Source of the DNA: Heterodontus francisci
Lineage: Eukaryota
Reading direction: 5' to 3'
Assembly: GCF_036365525.1 (NCBI RefSeq)
Contig: NW_027141721.1
Coordinates: forward strand, 124,001 to 188,000
DNA length: 64,000 nucleotides
The notes below the pieces were generated by a model. That model was not told the origin of the DNA, made no database searches, and saw only the letters and a list, made by a program, of their open reading frames with translations. Below, piece after piece: positions 1 through 11,059 of this stretch; position 1 is the first letter of the stretch, and each line of letters begins with the position of its first letter. The translations under genes were made by a program, and so were the position numbers.

Positions 1-115
1 GGCAGATTGGTGAGGATGAAGTCAAGTATATTTTCTCCTCTTGTTGGTTCTGTCATCACCTACCGCAGTCCCAGACTAGCAGCTTTGTCTTTTAGGACAC
101 GGCTAGCTCGGTAAG
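1..115 (-). mobile_element. LINE (CR1/L2 group) endonuclease fragment
   Basis: Minus strand reads AASLGLR*VMTEPTRGENILDFILTNLP, the PTR...LD motif of the APE endonuclease. Confidence 0.7.
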
Positions 116-1122
116 GAGTGGGCTGCAGTGACTGAGAGGAGTGGTCTGCAGAGACTGAGGGGAGTGGGATGTAGTGACTGAGCGAATGAGATGCGGTGAC
201 TAGGTGGAGTAGGATACGGTGAATGTGGGGAGTGGGATGTAGTGACTGAGGGGAGTGGGGTGGAGTGACAGGGGAGTGGGAGGTAGTGACTAAGGGGTGT
301 GGGATGCAGTGATTGAGCGGAGTGGGAAGTAGCGACTGAGGGGAGTGGGATGCAGAGACTGAGGGGAGTGGGATACAGTGACTGAGCGAATGAGATGCGG
401 TGACTAGGTGGAGTAGGATACAGTGAATGTGGGGAGTGGGATGTAGTGACTGAGGGGAGTGGGATGTAGTGACTGAGGGGAGTGGGATGTAGTGACTGAG
501 GAGAGTGGGGTGTAGTGACTGAGGAGAGTGGGGTGTAGTGACAGGGGAGTGGGAAGTAGCGACTGAGGGGAGTGGGATACAGAGACTGAGGGGAGTGGGA
601 TACAGTGACTGACGGGAGTGGGATGTAGTGACTAAGGGGAGTGGGATGCTGTAATTGAGGGAAGTGGGATGTAGTGACTACTGAGTGTGATGTGGTAACT
701 GAGGGGAGTAGGATGTAGAGAAGCGGGGAGTGAGGTGCAGTGACTGAAGGGAATGGTACAGAGTGATTCGGTGGAGTGGGTACAGTGACATAGAGAAGTG
801 GGATGCAGTGATTGAGGGGAGTGGGATGCAGTAATTGAGGGGAGTGGGATGCAGCGACTAAGGGGAGAGGGATGCAGTGACTGAGGGCAGTGAGATGTAG
901 TGACTGAGGGGAGTGGGATGTAGTGACTGTGGGGAGTGGGATGTAGCGACTGATGGGAGTGGGTGCACTGACTGAGGGGAGTGGGTGTAGTGACTGAGGG
1001 GAGTGGCATGCAGTGACTCAGGGGAGTGTGATTCAGTGACTGTGGGGATTGGGATACAGTGACTGTGGGGAGTGGGATACAGTGACTGAGGAGAGTGTGA
1101 TACGGTAACTGAGGGGAGTGTG
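116..1122 (+). repeat. 23-bp G-rich minisatellite (CAGTGACTGAGGGGAGTGGGATG/TA)n
   Basis: Directly visible tandem units. Confidence 0.95.
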
Positions 1123-1231
1123 TTCCCTTCCATTTATCATCACATCCTCCCCGGTTTCACTTGTCACTAGAACTTTTCCCAGTTCTGATGTAAGGTCACA
1201 TATTAACATTAAACATCTTTCTGTCACTCAG

Positions 1232-1376
1232 TCACAGACTCTGCACTCACTGACCCGTGTGTAAATCACACAGTCCTGGACCAGCCCTGGAGGAGCAGCG
1301 ATTGTGATGTCACTGGGTGCTCCGGTCAGGAGAAGTGTGATGATAATCTTGCTCAAGGATGGTACAGATTTAAAAG
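1232..1376 (+). CDS. Copy 1 D8C exon a
   Basis: ctcag|tc ... aaaag|gtaatg; TDSALTDPCVNHTVLDQPWRSSDCDVTGCSGQEKCDDNLAQGWYRFK. Confidence 0.9.
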
Positions 1377-4300
1377 GTAATGTAAAGGAACAATTTCAGG
1401 GTAATCTAGTCAATATGGGCAGAGTAAGGGATTTCCCCCAGTTTCTGGTACTATCTGCTGGTACCAGTCTCTCTAACAGTTAATATTTGCCATCAGTTCA
1501 GGGACTGACTCTGTGATTTTTGTTTCAGTTCTGGTGGATGGAAGATTCCGGAGACTGCTGTCCCAGATTTTCACTGCTCCACACATGTTACAGGCTGGTT
1601 AAATGGTAATTTCAGCCTTGAGAATATCAGATTTACATTCACTGTACAGCACTGTTCACATGGGTTACAGTCTTCAATATTTATAAACTCTCATTTCAGG
1701 TTCCCATCCCAGCGTGGGACAGGGGGAAGTAACACGGACAGTTTGTTTATCCTGGGGTAGAAAACACTGCGACAAGGTCCATGAGATAAAGATCAAAAAC
1801 TGCAGCAGTTACTTCGTTTATGAGTTGAAGTCCTTGTTTTATTGCGCTGCGTATTGTACAGGTACATTGATGCTTCTATATCATCCAGAGGGTGATTCTG
1901 GGATGTCCCGTGTCACCCACAGAAATGAGACGGTTTACTCACTCCCCTCCTTATTGTCAGGGACACAGTGAATAAAGGATCTGAAACACAAAGTGTACTT
2001 CACTGAAACTCTAGGGAACTGAACCAGACTCTGCTGTCTCTGTCTATCAGGCACTCTGATCCCTGCAGTGTTCATGGCTCACGTCAGGTCCCCACTGCAG
2101 TGCTGGGCACCTCACACTCCCTCTCCAGGAAGCAATGTTCACGAGGAGTTGGATAGGATCTTCGAGGGTTTGATAAAGATGAAAATCTGACACTGTCTGG
2201 ACTAGAGAACGAAATAAACGAGCTCTTCGGGTTTTCTCCACTCTGCTCTCTTCCTTTATTACAGATCCAGAGACTGTCGCAACTGAGGAACCCGAGGAAC
2301 AAACAACTCGAGAATCCACTAGGGGATCATCGTCTACCCCAGCGGTGTCTGGAACATCAGGTATCCCCCTTGTGGGGTGCATTCGAAACAGATTCCACAC
2401 CCAATGTTGCACCATAGAAGATCAGTCCTCGAGATCATCCAGTCTCTTACTGAGGGAAGTGGGATGGAGTGACTGCGGGAAGTGGAAGGGAGTGAATGAG
2501 GGAAGTTGGATGGAGTGACTGAGGGGAGTGGGATGGGGTGACTGAGGGAAGTGGGATGGAGTGACTGAGGTGAGTGGGATGGGGTGACTGAGGGGAGAGG
2601 GATGTGGTGACTGAGGGGACTGGGATGGAGTGACTAAGGAGAGTGGGATGATGTAATTGAGGGGAGTGGGATGTAGTGACTGAGGGGAGTGGGATGTAGT
2701 GACTGAGGGGAGTGGGATGTAGTGACTGAGAGGAGTGGGATGCACTGACTGAGGGGAGTGGGATGCAGTGACGGAGGGGAATGGGATGCAGTGGACTGAG
2801 GGCAGTGGGATGCAGTAATTGAGGGGAGTGGGATGTAGTGACGGAAGGGAGTGGGATGCAGAGGCTGAGGGGATTGGGATGCAGTGACTGGGGAGTGGAA
2901 TGCACTGATTGAGGGGAGTGGGATGCAGTGACTGAGGGGAGTGGGATGCAGTGACTGAGGGGAGTGGGATGCACTGATTGAGGGGAGTGGGATGCAGTGA
3001 CTGAGAGGAGTGGGATGCAGTGGCTGAGGGGAGTGGGATGGGGTGACTGAGGGGAGTGGGATGTGGTGATTGAAGGGAGTGGGATGCAGTGACTGAGGGG
3101 AGTGGGATGCAGTGACTGAGGGGAGTTCTTTTGGGCCTCCTTATCTCGAGAGACAGTGGATACGCGCCTGGAGGTGGTCAGTGGTTTGTGAAGCAGCGCC
3201 TGGAGTGGCTATAAAGGACTGAGGGGAGTGGGATGATGTAATTGAGCGGAGTGGGATGCAGTAATTGAGGGAAGTGGGATGTAGAGACTGAGTGGAGTGG
3301 AATGCACTGATTGAGGGGTGTGGGATGCACCGATTGAGGGGAGTGGGATGCAGTGCCTGAGAGGAGTGGGATGCAGTGGCTGAGGGGAGCGGGTTGCAGT
3401 GACTGAGAGGAGTGGGATGCACTGATTGAGGGGAGAGAGATGCAGTGACTGAGAGGAGTAGGATGCAGTGGCTGAGGGGTGTGGGTTGCAGTGACTGAGG
3501 GGAGTGGGATGGGGTGACTGAGGGGAGTGGGATGTGGTGACTGAGGAGAGTGGGATGCAGTGACTGAGAGGAATGGGATGGAGGGACTGAGGGGAGTGGC
3601 ATGATGTAATTGAGGGGAGTGGGATGCAGTGATTGAGGGGAGTGGGATGATGTAATTGAGTGGTGTGGGATGTCGTGACATGGGCAGTGCGATGCATGGA
3701 CTGAGTGGAGTGGGATGCAGTGACTGAGGGAAGTGGGATGCAGTGACTGAGGGGTGTGGGATTTAGAGACTTAGGGGAGTGGGATGTAGAGACTGTGGGG
3801 AGTTGAATGTGGTGACTGAGGGGAGTGGGATGGGGTGACTGAGGGGAGTGGGATGTAGAGTCTGAGGGGAGTGGGATGTAGTGACTGAGGGGAGTGGGAT
3901 GCAGTGACTGAGGGGAGTTAGATGCAGTGACTGAGGGGAGTGGGATGATGTAATTAAGGGGAGTGGGATTAAGTGACTGAGGGGAGTGGGATGCATTGAC
4001 TAAGGGGACTGGGAAGTAATGATTGAGGGCAGTGGGAAGAAGTGATTAGGGGAGTGGCATGTAGTGGGTGAAGGGAGTGGGAAGTAGTGAGTGAGGGGAG
4101 TGGCATGTAGTGAGTGAGGGGAGTGGGATGTAGAGACTGAGAGGAGTGGGATGCAGTGACTGAGGGGAGTGGGATGTAATGACTGAGGGGAGTGCGATGT
4201 AGAGACTGAGGGGAGTGGGATGTACTGGCTGAGGGGAGTGGGATGTAGTGACTGAGGGGAGTGGGATGCAGTGACTGAGGGGAGTGGGATGTAATGACTG

Positions 4301-7300
4301 AGGGGAGTGCGATGTTGAGACTGAGGGGAGTGGGATGTAGAAACTGAGGGGAGTGCGATGTAGAGACTGAGGGGAGTGGGATGTAGTGGCTGAGGGGAGT
4401 GGGATGTAGTGACTGAGGGGAGTTGGATGCTGTGACTGAGGGGAGTGGGATGAAGAGACTGAGAGGATTGGGATGTAGTGATTGAGAGGAGTTGGATGCC
4501 GTGAATGAGGGGAATGGGATGTAGAGACTGAAGGGAGTGCGATGTAGAGACTGAGGGGAGTTGGATGCCGTGACCGAGGGGAGTGAGATGTAGAGACTGA
4601 GAGGAGTGGGATGAGGTGACTGAGGGGAGTGGGACACAGCGTCTGAGGGTAGTATGATACAGTGACTGAGGGGTGTGATACAGTCACTCAGGGAGTGTGA
4701 TACAGTGACTGAGGGGAGTGTGATACACTGACTGAGGTGAGTGGGACACAGTGACTGAGGGGAGTGTGATACACTGACTGAGGTGAGTGGGACACAGTGA
4801 CTGAGGGGAGTGTGATACAGTGTCTGAGGGTAGTATGATGCAGTCACTGAGGGGAGTGTGATACAGTGACAGAGGGTAGTGTGATACAGTGACTGAGGGG
4901 AGTGTGATACAGTGACTGAGGGGAGTGTGATACAGTGTCTGAAGGGGATGTGATACAGTGACTGAGGGGAGTGTGATACAGTGACTGAGGGGGATGTGAT
5001 ACAGTGACAGAGGGGAGTGTGATACAGTGTGTGAGGGGGGTGTGATACAGTGACTGAGGGGAGTGTGATACAGTCACTGAGGGGAGTGTGATACAGTGTC
5101 TGAGGGGAGTGTGATACAGCGACTGAGGGGAGTGTGATACAGCGACTGAGGGGAGTGTGATACAGTGACTGAGGGGAGTGGGATACAGTGGCTGAGGGGA
5201 GTGTGATACAGTCACTGAGGGGAGTGTGATACAGCGACTGAGGGGAGTGTGATACAGTGACTGAGGGGGATGTGATACAGTGACAGAGGGTAGTGTGATA
5301 CAGTCACTGAGGGGAGTGTGATACAGTGACTGAAGGGAGTGTGATACAGAGACTGAGGGGAGTGTGATACAGTGACTGAGGGCAGTGTGATACAGTTACG
5401 GAGGGGAGTGTGATACACTGACTGAGGTGAGTGGGACACAGTGTCTGAGGGGGATGTGATACAGTGACAGAGGGTAGTGTGATACAGTGACTGAGGGGAG
5501 TGTGATACAGTGACAGAGGGTAGTGTGATACAGTGACTCAGGGAGTGTGATACAGTGACTGAGGGGAGTGTGATACAGTGTCTGAGGTTAGTATGATACA
5601 GTCACTGAGGGGATGTGATACAGCGTCTGAGGGGGATGTGATACAGTGACTGAGGGTAGTGTGATACAATGACAGAGGAAGTGTGATACAGTGACAGAGG
5701 GGAGTGTGATGCAGTGACTGAGGGGTGTGTGATACAGTCACTCAGGGAGTGTGATACAGTGACTGAGGGCAGTGTGATACAGTTACGGAGGGGAGTGTGA
5801 TACACTGACTGAGGTGAGTGGGACACAGTGTCTGAGGGGGATGTGATACAGTGACAGAGGGTAGTGTGATACAGTGACTGAGGGGAGTGTGATACAGTGA
5901 CAGAGGGTAGTGTGATACAGTGACTCAGGGAGTGTGATACAGTGACTGAGGGGAGTGTGATACAGTGTCTGAGGTTAGTATGATACAGTCACTGAGGGGA
6001 TGTGATACAGCGTCTGAGGGGGATGTGATACAGTGACTGAGGGTAGTGTGATACAATGACAGAGGAAGTGTGATACAGTGACAGAGGGGAGTGTGATGCA
6101 GTGACTGAGGGGTGTGTGATACAGTCACTCAGGGAGTGTGATACAGTGACTGAGGGGAGTGTGATACAGTTACGGAGGGGAGTGTGATACACTGACTGAG
6201 GGGAGTGGGATACAGTGACTGAAGGGAGTGTGGTACAGTGACTGAGGGGTGTGGGATGCAGTGACTGAGGGGAGTGTGATACACTGACTGAGGGGAGTGG
6301 GATACAGTGACTGAAGGGAGTGTGATATAGTGACTGAGGGGAGTGCGATACAGTGTCCGAGGGGAGTGTGATACACTGACTGAGGGGAGTGGGATACAGT
6401 GACTGAAGGGAGTGTGATACAGTGACTGAGGGGACTGCACTACAGTGTCTGAGGGGAGTGTGAGACACTGTCTGAGGGGAGTGGGATACAGTGACTGAGG
6501 GGAGTGTGATACACTGTCTGAGGGGAGTGTGAGACACTGTCTGAGGGGAGTGGGATACGGTGAACTGAAGGGTGTGTGATACAGTGACTGGGGGAGTGTG
6601 ATACAGTGACTGAGTAGAGTGTGATACACTGTCTGAGGAGAGTGGAATGCAGTGACTGAAGGGAATATAATGCAGTGACTGAGGGGATTGTGATACAGTG
6701 AGCTGAAGGGAGTGCGAGACAGCGACTGAGGAGAGTGTGATACAGCGACTGACGGGAGAGGGATACAGCGACTGAGGGGAGTGTGATGCAGTGACTGAGG
6801 GGAATGTGATAAAGTGACTGAGGTGAGTGTAATGCAGTGATTGAGGTGACTGTGATAGAGACTGAGGGCAGCATGATGCTCAAACTCAGGAATCCGAGGA
6901 ACAATCGACTAGAGAATCTACTGAGGTTTCATCCACTACCCACCGGGCTCTGGAAGCTAAGGTATCTGCTTTGTGGGGTTATCATCGCAGAATCATGGAA
7001 TCAAAGACTGGTTACGGCACAGAAAGTTTCTGTTCAGCCCATCTTCACCGTGCCAGCTCTCTGGCAGTGCAACTCACCTACTCCCACTCCTGCCATTTTC
7101 CTGTCGCCCTGCAGATTGTTTCTGCCAGGACAATTATCCAATTCCCTTTTGAAAGCCTCAATTAAACCTGCCTCCAGCACACTCTCATGCAGTGCATTTC
7201 AGATCCTAACCACTCACTGTGTGAAAAGGTTTCCCTGTCTCTGTTGTGACTTTTACCACTCACCTAAAACCGTTGCTCTCTAGTTCTGGATCCTCCCACC

Positions 7301-10300
7301 AAGAGGAACAGTTTTTCCCTGACTACTCTGTCTAGTTCCCTCTTGATTATGAACAACTTGCTCAAATCTCCTCTTAATCGTCTCTTCTCCACGGAGAACA
7401 GCCCCAGCTTCTCCGATCTATTCATGTCACTGACGTCCCTCATCCCGGGAACCATTCTGGTAAATCTTCTCTGCACCCTCTCGAATACCTTAACATCCCT
7501 CCTAAGTATTGACCGCTCTCTCGACCTGTCTTGCCACCTTCAATGATTTGTGCACATGTCCCCCCCAGGTCCCTCTGCCCCTGCATCTCCTTTAGAATTG
7601 TATCCTTTATTTTATATTGCCTCTCGTTCGTCTGACCAAAATGAATCACTTCACAATTCTCTGTGATAAATTTCATTTGCCAGTGTCTGCCCATCCCACC
7701 AGCCTGTCTATAACCTCCTGACGTCTATTGCTATCCTCCTCACAGTTCACAATACTTCCAGGTTTTGTGTCATCTGCAGATTTTGAAAGTGTGCCCTGTA
7801 CGCCCCAGTCGATGTCATTAATATACATCAGGAACAACAGTGGTCTGAGCATTATTAGAGAGCAAAACATAGATGCACAGAGAATTAGGAGGGACAGATA
7901 ACAAAGGAGTCGATAAGAGTATCGTATGAGACGGGGACAGTGTAAGAGGAAAGGTGATGAGCTGTAAATTCAGTTTAATGTGTGTGTATGTGAATGCAAT
8001 GAGAGTGGTAAATAAGGTTGTTTAACTTCAGGCGCAGATAGCCACGTGGAAATATGATGTTGTGGCAATTACAGGGTCCTGGCTCGAAGAGGGGCAGGAC
8101 TGGGTAGTGAATATTCCTGACTACAAGGTGTTCAGGAAAGAGAGGGGAGGAAGGAAAGGAGGAGGGGTATCAGTATTGATTAAGGGGAACATTACAGTGC
8201 TGTTTTCTTTTCTCACTCTTGTTCACACTCATTCCAGATCTCCCTTACTCTTTTCTGTCTCACACCTGTCGCCTTCCCTCCTTTTCTCTCACTCCTGCTC
8301 TCTGTTGTTCTCTGACTCCACTTTCCCCCTGTCGTTTCGCTGATCATTTTGATAATCTCCTGAGTTTTCTCTGTTAGTTTTTGTTTCTTGTTGGAGTAGT
8401 AACTGATTCTGCAGCCGATGATATCTTGTGTCCCCCCTCAGTAAAGGCTGGTATACATTGATTCAGTGTGTCGAGGGAGTTAGATTACATACGAGAGGAG
8501 GTTCTGTGTTGAAACACTTCTGTCCACTCATCCAGCGTTCTGAATCCCAGTGAAATTCCTCTTGTCTTTATTTGACCCTCACAGACTCGGGGATTCCGTC
8601 TACTCCCGAGGAACCTCCCGACTCCCAGCCTGTTTCTGATGATGGTGGGAACATTTCAGATTCTCCACATTTCAGGAATATTAAATCCCTCCTCCTGTCT
8701 CAGTCTGGCACAAATATATCAGGACCGAGGGCCTCCAAACAGCTGTGTGATCGTTCTGTGTAGGGAAACCCATCGTTCTCACTCTCTCTCTGTCTCTCTC
8801 TCTGTCTTGTCTGTGCTGTCAGACAAGAGTTGCAGTCGCTTGTGTTCAGTATGACTGGATACATTGGGAAACACAGAAACGTAAACGTCCAGAAATTCCT
8901 TCAGAAATATCTTTGAGCTTCTATCTCACATCCCTCTCTCTGTAACTCTCAGTTTTATCTCTGTCTCTCTGTTTCTCCTTTATCTGCCTTTCACACGCAT
9001 ATATAAATATATTTCATTTCTGTAACCGCCTCTCTCCTATGTGGTTCTCAGTTTCTCCAGCTCCCTCTTTCACCTCACTCTGTCTCCCACTCTCTCTGAT
9101 GTTCTGTCTCCCTGTCTGTCTCTCTGACTCTCACTTTCTCTCTCTCTGTCTCTCTCACAGATGCTCTTTGTCTGTCTCTCTGTCTTTGTCTTTGTCAGAG
9201 GGACAGAGAGCATCAGAGAGAGAGAGAGAGAGAGTGAGAGTGATAGACAGAGACAGAGAAAAGGGCAGTGAGACCGGAGTAAACACGGAATGCAAATGAT
9301 CTGGGGAGATGGAACAAGGAGGCAACAGAGAAGAGAGTGCAGGATAGAGGATGATAACACAGAGAGGTCAGATTATAGACAAGACGAGTTGAGATAGAGA
9401 GAATAACAGAGACAGATGAACAAACGAGTGGATGACAAACTGGAGGAAAGAGAGTTTAAATTAGAGAGGAGAGTTCATTCGAAATACGTCCCGTTCCCTG
9501 TGCTAAACTCTGGGTGTGTTCAACCTGTTGATGTTGTGACTGTTGTGTTTAGATACTAAATACAAGAGGATTAATGTGAAGATCACTTCAATGACTGATC
9601 TGGATGATGAAACTGCAAAGAGAATCGTTGTGGAGAGGGTGAGAGACTGCACTGGACTGAGGAGAAACACGGGAGACAACAGATCCTCCCTCTCACTGTC
9701 TGTATTCACTGAATGGGAACTCCAGGTCATTATTTAAACAGCTCTAATTCCCCCTCTGCTTATCTTCTGGTCCCCCAGATCAGGCTTGTGAGGGGTTGAA
9801 TGGGCTTCCTCCTGAGCCTGTGTGAAAGGCTGGAGAGGGGGTGAGGGGGCTGAATGGCCTTCTCCTGTTCCTGTGTAATAACTCGAACGAGGGGCTGAAT
9901 GGCCTCCTCCTGTTCCTGTGTAACAGACTCGAGGGGATGAATGGCCTCCTCGTTGTACGGTAACCTCTCTCTGATCTTCCCTCTCACTCTCCCCATTCTC
10001 TCTTTATGTCCTTTCTATCTCTGTCTCTTTCTCTGCCTCGCTCACCCAATCTGTATTTCTCTTTCTGTGTCTTGCTTTCTGTCTCTGTCTGTCCCTCACT
10101 GCATCTCTGACGACCTCTCGCTCTCACACCCTCTGTTTCTCTACCTCTGTCTCAATCCCTGTAGCTCTCCCACCCTCCCTCTCCATCTCTCCCTCTATGT
10201 GAGTATCTTTGCCTCTCCCTGTATCTCACTGTCTTGCCCCCACCCTCTCTCCCGATCTCTGTCTGTATGCTCTCTGTCTATTTCTATTCACTCCTCCCCT

Positions 10301-10434
10301 TGCAGTAATACTCATCGTTTCTCCTCTCTGCGATGCAGATGAAGCACATGTTCCAGGATCAGTGTCCACACACGAAGCTCGAATTGGATCCAGAAGACGT
10401 TCAGTGCTCGGCTAGTGAGCCTGTGGAAGTGTGA
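1232..10434 (+). CDS. D8C (UMOD/GP2/OIT3-type) secreted protein, copy 1. Spliced: 1232-1376, 1529-1605, 1700-1861, 2265-2360, 8585-8644, 9553-9638, 10339-10434; leader exon not in window
   Basis: All introns GT-AG with compatible phases. Translation includes DPCVNHTVLDQPWRS...CDDNLAQGWYRFKSSGGWKIPETAVPDFHCSTHVTGWLNGSHPSVGQGEVTRTVC...IKIKNCSSYFVYELK...CAAYCT, matching the uromodulin/GP2 D8C pattern. Ends ...SASEPVEV-TGA. Confidence 0.85.
1529..1605 (+). CDS. Copy 1 D8C exon b
   Basis: tttcag|t ... aatg|gtaatt; SGGWKIPETAVPDFHCSTHVTGWLN. Confidence 0.9.
1700..1861 (+). CDS. Copy 1 D8C exon c
   Basis: tttcag|gt ... acag|gtacat; SHPSVGQGEVTRTVCLSWGRKHCDKVHEIKIKNCSSYFVYELKSLFYCAAYCT. Confidence 0.9.
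2265..2360 (+). CDS. Copy 1 96-nt phase 1-1 Ser/Thr/Glu stalk exon
   Basis: ttacag|at ... tcag|gtatcc; DPETVATEEPEEQTTRESTRGSSSTPAVSGTS. Confidence 0.85.
2448..6870 (+). repeat. Intronic 23-bp minisatellite array
   Basis: Tandem CAGTGACTGAGGGGAGTG(G/T)GAT(G/A) units. Confidence 0.95.
3127..3216 (-). mobile_element. 90-bp 5'-truncated retroelement 3' end with 13-bp target-site duplication
   Basis: Non-satellite insert flanked by GACTGAGGGGAGT (3114-3126 and 3217-3229); empty site in paralogue at 37403-37415. Confidence 0.75.
6881..6961 (+). pseudogene. Dead stalk exon in copy 1
   Basis: QTQESEEQSTRESTEVSST-like sequence. Acceptor and 5' part replaced by minisatellite, TCA>TAA before the GT donor, small deletion. 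Confidence 0.75.
6988..8200. mobile_element. CR1 LINE composite: antisense RT/3' end (about 6988-7860) joined to sense endonuclease fragment (about 7960-8200)
   Basis: Minus ORFs QRRFTRMVPGMR, FLMYINDID...ADDTK; plus YDVVAITGSWL...YKVFRKER..RKGGGV. Confidence 0.9.
8585..8644 (+). CDS. Copy 1 60-nt phase 1-1 linker exon
   Basis: tcacag|ac ... gatg|gtggga; DSGIPSTPEEPPDSQPVSDD; conserved in copy 2. Confidence 0.7.
9553..9638 (+). CDS. Copy 1 C-terminal domain exon 1
   Basis: gtttag|at ... gagg|gtgaga; DTKYKRINVKITSMTDLDDETAKRIVVER. Confidence 0.8.
9781..9962 (+). repeat. About 4 tandem copies of a CR1/SINE 3'-tail unit (GAGGGGCTGAATGGCCTCCTCCTGTTCCTGTGTAAC)
   Basis: Visible repeats resembling the CR1 3' tail at 13715-13745; paralogue at 60696-60877. 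Confidence 0.65.
10339..10434 (+). CDS. Copy 1 terminal coding exon
   Basis: atgcag|ATG, phase 0; MKHMFQDQCPHTKLELDPEDVQCSASEPVEV*; identical in copy 2. Confidence 0.8.
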   Translation: MKHMFQDQCPHTKLELDPEDVQCSASEPVEV

Positions 10435-11059
10435 AGGTGTTTGGACATGTCAACAAGCACCCGACACGTGTGATCCAGTCTCTGTGTGTTTTACATCCTC
10501 ACTCAATCACTGTACCATCTTATCTTCACCTTGTTTAACTCAAGGAAATTGTCAGCAAAGGGTTAATCTCCGACTAGAAGTATGCTAATGTTATACTGTA
10601 ATTGGTGTGTCTTTATACCGCAGGGGTGTGGGAGCTTTAAGCTATTGCTTTGTTAAATAGAGAAGTACGATCCCATTTGTATACAGTGACCACTGGTCAG
10701 CTGAACCCAGACTAACCTGACAGCTCTGGCCACTTTCAGGATGAAGTGATCTCAGGTTTAATGAGGGAGTTTCTTTAAAGATCTACCATTGAGTAGAGGT
10801 CCCTAAGCTTCATGGAGCTGTCAGCACTGAGAATAGGGGCAAGGAAAACAGTTCGTCCTTGTCCAAGGAGAACCTCAGGGTAGATAACATCTTTTAAATT
10901 GAGGGTTCATGCAGAATGGGGGATCGGTTGATGCTGAACTTTGCAGAATCAAAATATATTGAAAAGGAAAGCTTTCATTGAGTACAAAGCATTTATGTGT
11001 GGCATATGTCAAATGTTTAATAACAAAGGAAGGGAGTTGTACTGAGCTCAGGAACCTAA

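Noticed and set aside
1714-1971. Single-exon ORFs 1714-1971 and 36005-36262
   Set aside because: They are D8C exon c read through into the intron; the true boundary is the GT donor after YCT
2448-6870. CRISPR-like regular repeats
   Set aside because: Head-to-tail units with no unique spacers, eukaryotic context, no cas genes
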